Source: Nanoarchaeales archaeon (lineage in GTDB: Archaea; Nanobdellota; Nanobdellia; Woesearchaeales; UBA583). Taken from it: a stretch of 50,375 nt of DNA. A model generated the notes under the pieces. It saw only the letters and a list, made by a program, of their open reading frames with translations. It was not told the DNA's origin and ran no database searches. The DNA lies in the NCBI GenBank assembly GCA_013215525.1, contig JABSQY010000005.1, positions 1 to 50,375 of the forward strand, given 5' to 3'. The position numbers were made by a program, and so were the translations under genes. Shown piece by piece: positions 39,377 to 47,046 of this stretch (position 1 is the first letter of the stretch; each line of letters starts with the position of its first letter).

Positions 39377-40198
39377 TTAATTAATTTTTTTAGTTTTATC
39401 TAAATTTAAATAATTATTTGATGATACTACTTTAGTTGTTGATTCTTTTTCTAGTTCTTTAATTGCATTTTTAGCAATATTGCCACCTTTTCTTGCTGAT
39501 TCTAAATTTTCGTTAAATCCTTGTGAATTCAAATCTTTAGATATTTGAGTTGTTGATGCTTCTCCAAGCATTGAAAATATTAATTCTAAGTCCGTCATAT
39601 GGTCTCTTAAATTTTGATTTGGTTTTATAATTCCTTTATGATTTTTATGTTCTTTAATGGATTTATCAAAGGTTGCTTTTGAAATTTCATTTGTTAAAAT
39701 TGCGAATTCTTGTGACTGTTCAATTCCTCTATTTTTCCATTCATCAGTTAATTCTTCTCTTACTGCTATTCCTCTTAATCTTTTTTCAATCCAACCTTTT
39801 GAATAACCTTTAACTTCATAATATTCTTTTACTCTTTGTTGTGCTAGTTCTGGATTTTCAATTTCTAATAGTCTATCTTCTCCAACTTGTGCTAACCATT
39901 GTTTAAATGGTTCTGCTTTTTTAGATGGAACTGATTGTATGATTCTTAAAAGTCCTTTTCTTGATACGCAATCTGTAACTCTCAACTTTCCATCAGTTGC
40001 TTTTAATTTCAACTGTCGACAATTTGTCGATAGTTCAACTCCTTGTTCTAATTCTCTTTTTTTTAATCTATACCAGTAATCTTTTGCATCTTTACTATCA
40101 GTTAATACTCTTATTATATCCACAACTGAAAAATACCATTCTTCATCATGCCACATTCTTCTTATTTTTTGGTTTTCAAAATTAATTATTTCTTCCAT
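39377..40198 (-). CDS. Bro-N domain / DinD-like (DNA-damage-inducible protein D family) protein
   Basis: Collinear by eye with E. coli DinD. N-terminal Bro-N-like segment (IRRMWHDEEWYFSVVDIIRVL) and NQNLRDHMTDLELIFSMLGEASTTQ matching NQKILDHMGSTELAANLFRATQTEE. Confidence 0.7.
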   Translation of the reverse strand: MEEIINFENQKIRRMWHDEEWYFSVVDIIRVLTDSKDAKDYWYRLKKRELEQGVELSTNCRQLKLKATDGKLRVTDCVSRKGLLRIIQSVPSKKAEPFKQWLAQVGEDRLLEIENPELAQQRVKEYYEVKGYSKGWIEKRLRGIAVREELTDEWKNRGIEQSQEFAILTNEISKATFDKSIKEHKNHKGIIKPNQNLRDHMTDLELIFSMLGEASTTQISKDLNSQGFNENLESARKGGNIAKNAIKELEKESTTKVVSSNNYLNLDKTKKIN

Positions 40199-40323
40199 TT
40201 TGGTTTAATTAATATTATAAATATTTAAAGTTTTATATATATTTATTTTATGTTGAAGTGAAACTATATATATGATATAAATCTGACGTTTATGTTACTT
40301 TGAAATATATTTTATTTTTTTAA

Positions 40324-40641
40324 TTACTCTAATATAAAATCTTTTTTTAAAGATTTATTATATCTAAAATTTGTTTGCTCAACATCAACTTTTCCTTTAT
40401 GATTGTAATAGTAATTTTTATCAGTAATAAAATTATTATATTTGAAAGTTTCAACATCTGCTCCAGTTAAAATATTATAATTATAATAAACATTAAATTT
40501 ATCTTTTCCATAATCTTTACTTAAGAACTGATATGACTCTGGATCAGTAATATTTTTCATTATTTTATTTTTAACATAAACATTATTATTGTCTTTTGCT
40601 ATATCATATACACTGTTTAAAATTATGAAAGACTTAGAATC
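40324..40641 (-). pseudogene. DKNYY-family repeat protein, 5'-truncated remnant
   Basis: The listed ORF (40324-40560) contains KDYGKDKFNVYY, GADVETFKY and TDKNYYY. By hand translation the frame stays open upstream of its ATG and still encodes DKNYY-like repeats (DSKSFIILNSVYDIAKDNNNVYVKNKI) up to ~40641, with no start codon, and ends at element copy D. Confidence 0.6.
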
Positions 40642-40720
40642 TGAAAACGAAGTTTGAAATTAGGCGAAAATTGGCTTCGCGTGTATGTCTGCCTTTTTGT
40701 TTATTCAAATATATTTATGG
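40638..40720 (+). repeat. Partial copy D of the structured element (3' module only)
   Basis: AATCTGAAAACGAAGTTTGAAATTAGGCGAAAATTGGCTTCGCGTGTATGTCTGCCTTTTTGTTTATTCAAATATATTTAT, near-identical to the 3' modules of B and C. An inverted 13-mer GCGAAGCCAATTT lies at 40771-40783. Confidence 0.7.
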
Positions 40721-40813
40721 AATGTACACTTACAAACAAAGCGAAACTATCAAAAGGATTTATTTATTTCGCGAAGCCAATTTGAATTAATTTTCCTTTA
40801 CTTTGGAATATGG

Positions 40814-42850
40814 TTATTTATCCCAGTTTATAACTTTTTCAAAATTAAACATTTGTTCATCAGATAATTTTTGTTTATTATAATTAAACTTTTGTCTATC
40901 GTACCAATTAACTAAAATCTTATCGTCATTATCTGAGTTTTTTCTATTTGGTAATCTATTATTGTTTTTAATAAATTCAATTAATAATTTATAGTTTTTA
41001 ATCCATAGTTCTAATTGACTATTTTTATTTATGATACTTTCCCAACTCCATATGGGTATGTTTTCCATTAATTCAATTTTTTTTTGAGTTAATTTATTTT
41101 GTCGAAATAAATATTTTTGTCTTTCAAACCAACTTACTATATCTTTGTCATCATTATTTACTTTTTTTCTATTTGGGAGTCTATTATTATCTTTTATAAA
41201 ATTAAACAAAGTATTATAATTTTTCATCCATAATTCTAATTGCCCTTTTTCACTTATTGAACTTTTCCAATTCCAAAGTTGAATATTTTCCATAAGTTCA
41301 ACTTGTTTTTTATTTAATTTATTTTGTTTGTATGAGTGCCTTTGTCTTTCAAACCAAAGTATTATTACTTTATCATCACTATTCTTTTTTTTTCTATTTG
41401 GGAGTCTATTATTATCTTTTATAAAATTAAACAAAGTATTATAATTTTTCATCCATAATTCAGATTTATTTCTTTCACTTCCCCAACTCCAAAAAGAGAT
41501 ATTTTCCATAAGATTAATTTGTTTCTTATCTAATTTATTTTGTCGAAATAAATATTTTTGTCTTTCAAACCAATATACTATAGATTTATCATCACTATTC
41601 TTTTTTTTTCTATTTGGAAGTCTCTTATTTTTTTCAACAAATTTTGAAAATATTTTATAATATTCACTCCAAGATTTATAACTTTCTTCTTTTCTATAAC
41701 CCCAAAACCATTTTTCTAAAGATTCAAGTAGATTTATTTGTTCGTCAGATAATTTTGAGTATGGGATTTGTCCTCTATAAACTCTTCTTTGTATCATACA
41801 CCAAACTCCTAATTTTTTTTCAGAAGGTATTTTAGAATCACCTTTAGGCATATTTCCTTGGTTTTTTGAAATAAAAATTAATAAATTATCATATATTTCT
41901 CCCCATTTATCTCTCCTTGTCCAATACCAACTAGGGAGAGACTCTAATAATTTTATTTTTTCATCAGATAATTTTTCTTTACTTTTTTCTCTTCCTGAAA
42001 AAATTCCTCTTTGTCTTTTAATCCAAGTATCTAATTTTTCTTCTGGTTTTGAAACTTCTTTAAATGGACTTCTATAATCTTGTTTAGTTGGATGTCTTTT
42101 ATATTTCTTAATAAATAGTTTTACTTTATTATAACTTATAAACCACATATCTTTTCTACTCCAAATCCAATGTTCTAAGTTTTCTAAATCATTAATGTTT
42201 TCTTTATTTAGTAAACCTTTTGTAAAATTTTGTCTTTGTATATTACACCACTTACCTAATTCGTGTTCTGTTTTATCTCTTGAAGCATTCGCAGGTGTTT
42301 TATTATTTAAGTTAGTGAATCTTTTTACAGCGTTATAAATAGTTTTCCAAGATTCTGATTTTATGTCTATAGATGCTCTTGTTTCAAAAGTTCCATCTGC
42401 TCTATATTTATAATAATATTTTATAATTCCTTTTATTATTTCTGTTCTTTCTTTAGAAATAATTTTCATTAATTTTTCATCTAATACTAATGTTTCATGC
42501 TCAGAAGTTAGTACTTTTCTTTTTTTAAATTGAATGTTTTTTTCAAAAGTAATTTCAGATTTATAATGTGCAACTTTATTTCTGATTTTTTGAATTTTTT
42601 CTATAGATTTCACAATTTTTTTAATTTCAACTTTATCAAAATTTTCAATTTTACAAATTTTTTGAAAAATTATAACTTTATTTTCAAAATTGAATTTTAA
42701 TAAAATTGTTTCTTGAAAAAATGAAGTTTTAGAAGTTCTTGGAGAAATATAATAATCTGAAATAAATGTTTCTAAATATGATTCAATATGTAATATTGTT
42801 GATAAAATTTCTCCAATTTTTTCATGAAATTCCTTTATCTTTTCTTTCAT
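40814..42850 (-). CDS. HEPN-like (Rx4H) N-terminal domain fused to seven helicase-associated (HA, PF03457-like) repeats
   Basis: The N-terminal ~110 aa are helical with KIRNKVAH (R-x4-H). Seven ~70-aa repeats then follow the pattern W..Y..L..F......P........LG/IV.W..RQR......L....I..LE....W.W. Confidence 0.65.
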   Translation of the reverse strand: MKEKIKEFHEKIGEILSTILHIESYLETFISDYYISPRTSKTSFFQETILLKFNFENKVIIFQKICKIENFDKVEIKKIVKSIEKIQKIRNKVAHYKSEITFEKNIQFKKRKVLTSEHETLVLDEKLMKIISKERTEIIKGIIKYYYKYRADGTFETRASIDIKSESWKTIYNAVKRFTNLNNKTPANASRDKTEHELGKWCNIQRQNFTKGLLNKENINDLENLEHWIWSRKDMWFISYNKVKLFIKKYKRHPTKQDYRSPFKEVSKPEEKLDTWIKRQRGIFSGREKSKEKLSDEKIKLLESLPSWYWTRRDKWGEIYDNLLIFISKNQGNMPKGDSKIPSEKKLGVWCMIQRRVYRGQIPYSKLSDEQINLLESLEKWFWGYRKEESYKSWSEYYKIFSKFVEKNKRLPNRKKKNSDDKSIVYWFERQKYLFRQNKLDKKQINLMENISFWSWGSERNKSELWMKNYNTLFNFIKDNNRLPNRKKKNSDDKVIILWFERQRHSYKQNKLNKKQVELMENIQLWNWKSSISEKGQLELWMKNYNTLFNFIKDNNRLPNRKKVNNDDKDIVSWFERQKYLFRQNKLTQKKIELMENIPIWSWESIINKNSQLELWIKNYKLLIEFIKNNNRLPNRKNSDNDDKILVNWYDRQKFNYNKQKLSDEQMFNFEKVINWDK
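40830..41700 (-). repeat. Tandem coding repeats (~216-225 bp period) encoding HA repeats 4-7
   Basis: A stretch of more than 60 nt is identical by eye at 41168 and 41393 (tctatttgggagtctattattatcttttataaaattaaacaaagtattataatttttcatccataattc), a 225-bp period. Flanking units are more diverged. Confidence 0.8.
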
Positions 42851-43092
42851 AAATTATTCTAAAAATTAATATTTATAATACTATTGTCTAAAATTGATAT
42901 AAAATTTCAATTTAAAGGAAACTAATTCCAGACTTTAGAAAAAATCCACCAAATTGTTTTAAAACTAGAAAATTACAAGTAACACATATTATGCCAACTT
43001 TGAGTTGGTATATCTTGAAAAAAGTTTACTTTTTGAGTGTTATTATTATTATTATTCTGAAAAACCAACTTTAGAATTAAAACTTTAAATTT

Positions 43093-43917
43093 CTATAAAT
43101 CAAAAGATTCTGTTGAGTTTAATTGTTCTTTTATGAATTTATTTAAATCTTCGATTAAATTTGTTGTGGATTTTGTATATTTATCAACATCTTTTCCGCT
43201 CATTTGGATTTGATTTTTTTCTACTTGTTTATACAACTCATACATTTGTTTTATTTGGACACCGTATTTTTCTATTGGAGTTCCTTTTAATTTTACTTTA
43301 AATATTTCAGGGATTTCTTTTGGACTACTTGGAGTTATTTTCTTTGCCATTAATGCTGCGTGTGCCATGTCAACTGTTGCGTAATATAAATCTAGAAAAC
43401 TGTTTTGCATATGTTTGTGTGTTTCCTCGAGCAGTGTTTCTGCTCTTGCTTTGTAGTTGTTAATTGCTTCAATTGTTGGTCGCATTCTACCAATTTCTAA
43501 TAAATATTGTAGTGGCGCGATTAAATCTCTATCAAATAATGGAGTTCCGTGTCTTAAAATGTTTGTTAAAACTGGGTCTCCTTTTCTACTCATGTCCCAT
43601 AATGCTGATAAATTAATTGTCATTAAATGGATTTTTCCTTTTGCAAGGTCTGTGTTTAGTTTGTTTGTAATAATTCTGTACGCTTCTCTTAATTCATCTG
43701 TTACAAAAACTGTAACGTTATTTAATACAACTAAAATGTCAATGTCTGAATCTTTGTTTAATGTGTCGTTTGTATTAGATCCGAAAAGCACAATACTTCG
43801 AACTAGTTCTCCCATTTCTTTAATTAAATTTTTTGAAAATTCTCTTGTAATTCTTAAATTTTCAATGTGATAGTTTTCTTCGTTTGAAGTTTGTTTTTGA
43901 TTTTGTTTGAAGTCCAT
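43093..43917 (-). CDS. Minimal nucleotidyltransferase domain fused to a HEPN-like helical domain (KNTase-like architecture)
   Basis: NTase motif VLFGSNTNDTLNKDSDIDILVV. C-terminal helical domain YYATVDMAHAALMAKKITPSSPKEIPEIF. Paralogous to 47047-48417. Confidence 0.7.
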   Translation of the reverse strand: MDFKQNQKQTSNEENYHIENLRITREFSKNLIKEMGELVRSIVLFGSNTNDTLNKDSDIDILVVLNNVTVFVTDELREAYRIITNKLNTDLAKGKIHLMTINLSALWDMSRKGDPVLTNILRHGTPLFDRDLIAPLQYLLEIGRMRPTIEAINNYKARAETLLEETHKHMQNSFLDLYYATVDMAHAALMAKKITPSSPKEIPEIFKVKLKGTPIEKYGVQIKQMYELYKQVEKNQIQMSGKDVDKYTKSTTNLIEDLNKFIKEQLNSTESFDL

Positions 43918-43977
43918 TTTGATTTTATTTATATTTGATTAATATTTTTGAGTATTTTTTATTTTTTTACCTTTTTG

Positions 43978-44529
43978 TTACGCTTTAATTTGGTGATTTA
44001 CTAAATCTAATTCGATTCTTGACAAGTCATCAATTATGTCAAACATTTTTCTTGATATATCTTTTAAGTCTTTTATTTCATCATCTTTTTGAGATAGTTT
44101 TTCTTTTAATAAATATAATTCAAGTTCAGAGCTGTGAGTTTGCTCTTTTAGTTTTTTAATCTCTGCTTTCATTTCAGATTTATTTTCTTTAATTGATGTT
44201 TTATTATGTTTGATTGATTCAATTAAACTTGAAATTTTTAAATGTTCACCGTGAGAGTCTGATACAATTTGTTTTAATTCTTTAATTTCAGCTTTCATTT
44301 TTTCAAATTCAAACGCTGAGATTTCATCTGGTTTGTTTTTTACGTGGTGTTTGATGTGGTGAATTTGTTCTTGAAGATGATTTGATACGTTATGGATTTG
44401 TTTTGAAATTTCTTTATGGTTTGATAAAAATTCATTATAATTGTGAGAAATTTTATCAGATAAAAATAACATATCATTTTTAACTTTTGAAAAACCTTCT
44501 TTGATTTTTGGAAGTTCTGTTTTAAACAT
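43978..44529 (-). CDS. Coiled-coil protein (His-rich segment), function unknown
   Basis: 183-aa ORF with heptad-like K/E-rich sequence and HHIKHHVKNK. Lies 60 bp upstream of the NTase gene on the same strand. Confidence 0.5.
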   Translation of the reverse strand: MFKTELPKIKEGFSKVKNDMLFLSDKISHNYNEFLSNHKEISKQIHNVSNHLQEQIHHIKHHVKNKPDEISAFEFEKMKAEIKELKQIVSDSHGEHLKISSLIESIKHNKTSIKENKSEMKAEIKKLKEQTHSSELELYLLKEKLSQKDDEIKDLKDISRKMFDIIDDLSRIELDLVNHQIKA

Positions 44530-44622
44530 ACTATTTTTTACATTTTTAGTTTTTTAATGTATGGTTTTAATTAGTAAGTTGTGACTGAAAGGATTTTCGA
44601 TATGTTTTTATAATTAGGTTGT

Positions 44623-45381
44623 TTGATTATATTTATGTTTATTAAAAATATTAAATTTAATTATGTTTACGTACGTGATTCAGGTGTTAAAATAGATTCA
44701 AATGTACATCCATTTAATTTAGATGTTTTTAATTTTTTTAAGAAAGGAGGAGAATTAATTTTTAATTCAAATGTTACTTTTTTTGTTGGAGAAAATGGAG
44801 CAGGTAAAACTTCATTTATTGAAGCGTTCGCTTATAAACTTGGTTTAAATAAATTTGGTGGATCTAAAAACTTTATTTTAAATGAAAATGAAAAACCAGT
44901 TTTATCTGATTTTTTGTCTATTGTTAAAGCTAATAATGCGTTATCAGGTGATGCTTTTTTTTTTAGAGCTGAAAATTTTTTTAATTTACAAGATGATTTA
45001 GATAAATATCTTAATACTTCTAGTACGTATACTGGTAATTCTAAAAATTTTCGAGAAATGTCACATGGTCAAGGTTTTAAAGCTTTTTTCGAGAACAGGC
45101 TTGGTGATGAAGGAATATATATATTTGATGAACCTGAATCTGCTTTATCAGTTCAATCACAAATAGAATTTTTATTTTTATTAAAGGAGTTATCAAAATT
45201 AAATAATCAAATTTTTATTGTTACACATTCGCCTATTATTTTATCGTTTCCGAACGCTGAGATATATGATGTGTCGCTGGACTTTGAGAAAGTAGATTAT
45301 GAGGAGACAACGCAGTTTTGTGATATGAAGAATTTTATTAATAATGTTGATAGATATAGATATGATTTAAAAAAAGATTAA
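44623..45381 (+). CDS. Stand-alone ABC-type (SMC/RecF-like) ATPase, COG3910-like
   Basis: Walker A GENGAGKTS, signature-like MSHGQG, Walker B IYIFDEPESALS, H-loop VTHSP. The listed start is TTG; the first ATG is at 44635. Confidence 0.75.
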   Translation: MIIFMFIKNIKFNYVYVRDSGVKIDSNVHPFNLDVFNFFKKGGELIFNSNVTFFVGENGAGKTSFIEAFAYKLGLNKFGGSKNFILNENEKPVLSDFLSIVKANNALSGDAFFFRAENFFNLQDDLDKYLNTSSTYTGNSKNFREMSHGQGFKAFFENRLGDEGIYIFDEPESALSVQSQIEFLFLLKELSKLNNQIFIVTHSPIILSFPNAEIYDVSLDFEKVDYEETTQFCDMKNFINNVDRYRYDLKKD

Positions 45382-45397
45382 ATAAATATTATATATT

Positions 45398-46042
45398 TTA
45401 TTCTCCTCCTCCTCCATCTCCACCCTCGAATTCAATTCCGTGATTAATTAAATTCTTTGAATTTGATTTTTTTTCATCATTTCTAGTACCGAATACTATT
45501 TTTTTTAAAATCACAATAAACATTAAAACTAAAATTGATAAAGAAATGTCGGTTTTAGTAATTAAACTATCAAAAACCCTATAAAAATCTTCACTAAATT
45601 TATGAATATTTTTATATTCTTTAATGTCCAAGTCTTTTTTATTTATATAATTTCCATGTTTATCAAAGAAATTATCTTTGATTTCAATTATTAATTCTTT
45701 AATTTCTTCATCATTTTTTATAATTTTTAATAAGTTTGTATAATTTGTTTCATTTGATATAAAATCAATAAATTGTTTTATACCGTTTGGATTTTCCATA
45801 TCAATTGCAGATATTAATGTGTATAAATTTATATTATAGTTTGTTTTACAATTTTCTATTATATTTTGTAAACCTGGATATTCTTTTTTTAGTTCTTGAT
45901 AAGCTTCAGTTTGAGTTACTAATGCGTATTGAGTTGCTAAATTTATTGAATCTTTATTTTCTAAATGTTTTATTGCTTGCGCATTACCAAACATATTTAT
46001 TATAAAAAATAAACCTATTCCTAGTTTTTTAATTTTTCCCAT
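45398..46042 (-). CDS. Secreted / C-terminally anchored hypothetical protein
   Basis: Signal-like N-terminus (LGIGLFFIINMFGNAQA), a C-terminal TM helix and a Gly-rich tail GGDGGGGE. Confidence 0.5.
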   Translation of the reverse strand: MGKIKKLGIGLFFIINMFGNAQAIKHLENKDSINLATQYALVTQTEAYQELKKEYPGLQNIIENCKTNYNINLYTLISAIDMENPNGIKQFIDFISNETNYTNLLKIIKNDEEIKELIIEIKDNFFDKHGNYINKKDLDIKEYKNIHKFSEDFYRVFDSLITKTDISLSILVLMFIVILKKIVFGTRNDEKKSNSKNLINHGIEFEGGDGGGGE

Positions 46043-46160
46043 ATTATTAAATTTAAAAATATGATATATAGTTATATCTTTTTATTAAAAGTGACAATAT
46101 GATAGATAAGTAAAAAATAAAAGTATTTGTGAAAAAAGTAGACTAATTTAATAAAGCAAA

Positions 46161-46514
46161 TTATAATATATTTATTAATACATAATTAAATGCCATAATT
46201 TCTGATAAGAATAAAACTAATTTAAATCCTATGTTTAATGTTCTATAAATTGAGTCTTCATCTCCAAAAGATTGGAATAAAGCGTATATATTAATTATAA
46301 ATGAAAATACAATTAAACTTCCTCCCCATTTATAATTATCAATTAATAATAAAAACATACCTAGTATAAATGATACTAATGCAGCTAGTAGCATACTTGG
46401 TCTTATTATTGCACCTTCTATAAAATTCTCTTTTGTAAAATCTTTTTCAGATAGACCAAACAAATATCTTTGCTGTGTCGTTTTTGATTTTGTAATCCTT
46501 TTAATATGTTTCAT
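46161..46514 (-). CDS. Hypothetical small membrane protein (about 3 TM)
   Basis: 117-aa ORF with three hydrophobic helices. Confidence 0.45.
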   Translation of the reverse strand: MKHIKRITKSKTTQQRYLFGLSEKDFTKENFIEGAIIRPSMLLAALVSFILGMFLLLIDNYKWGGSLIVFSFIINIYALFQSFGDEDSIYRTLNIGFKLVLFLSEIMAFNYVLINIL

Positions 46515-46602
46515 AACATTTTTTATTTCTTTTTGTTTATAAATATTATTTACTTTGTTTTAATTAGAAACTATTATAAAGTTTTAAAGTTGTATTTTTT
46601 TT

Positions 46603-46941
46603 ATGAGCGATAATAAAGTAACCGATGAGCCTTTATCATTTGAAAAGGAGTTAAGTAGATTACCACCTGAAATTGTTACAATTTTAAAGAAGAAAGAAAA
46701 AAAGTTTTCTAGTTTTATAGAACTTTTAAAAAAAAAATCTAAAGGAAAGGACATGGGAGTGTTCTTAACACCACATATAGAGTTAAAAAATAATGTTCCA
46801 ACACCTGATTTTAATAAGTTAACACTTAATTTTTTATATGATGATTTTGATAAACCTTTACCTGAGTTTAATCCTAAAATGTTCTTTGAGAAAGAATTTG
46901 ATTCAGTTTTAGAAATTGTAACTATTAAAGATAAAGATTGA
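46603..46941 (+). CDS. Hypothetical protein; possibly the N-terminal part of a 604-codon ORF continuing through TGA 46939-46941
   Basis: 112-aa ORF with a TATA-like box ~27 nt upstream. It is in the same frame as 47047-48417, and the 35 codons between are open (hand translation QEQSKYVLKEDKNITFFPTTVQHLRENCFDGIYDD). Confidence 0.5.
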   Translation: MSDNKVTDEPLSFEKELSRLPPEIVTILKKKEKKFSSFIELLKKKSKGKDMGVFLTPHIELKNNVPTPDFNKLTLNFLYDDFDKPLPEFNPKMFFEKEFDSVLEIVTIKDKD

Positions 46942-47046
46942 CAAGAACAATCTAAATATGTTTTAAAGGAAGATAAAAATATTACATTTTTTCCAACAAC
47001 AGTTCAACATTTACGTGAGAATTGTTTTGATGGAATTTATGATGAT

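Noticed and set aside
35871-40720. Integron attC sites or a gene-cassette array as the identity of the repeat elements.
   Set aside because: The elements are ~180 nt, longer than typical attC. They lack recognisable R''/R' (RYYYAAC / GTTRRRY) core sites by eye. Cassette genes are in mixed orientation, and no IntI-like tyrosine recombinase is in the window.
35871-40720. Box C/D or H/ACA sRNA identity for the repeat elements (CTGA box; ACA after the central hairpin in copies A and C).
   Set aside because: No RUGAUGA box C partner is present, the size is about three times that of C/D sRNAs, and the ACA is internal and absent from copy B. The resemblance is probably coincidental.
43055-43083. 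Possible degenerate remnant of the element 3' module (TTCTGAAAAACCAACTTTAGAATTAAAAC, compared with AATCTGAAAACGAAGTTT...).
   Set aside because: Only ~15 nt of loose similarity in low-complexity sequence. The hairpin and T-run parts are missing.
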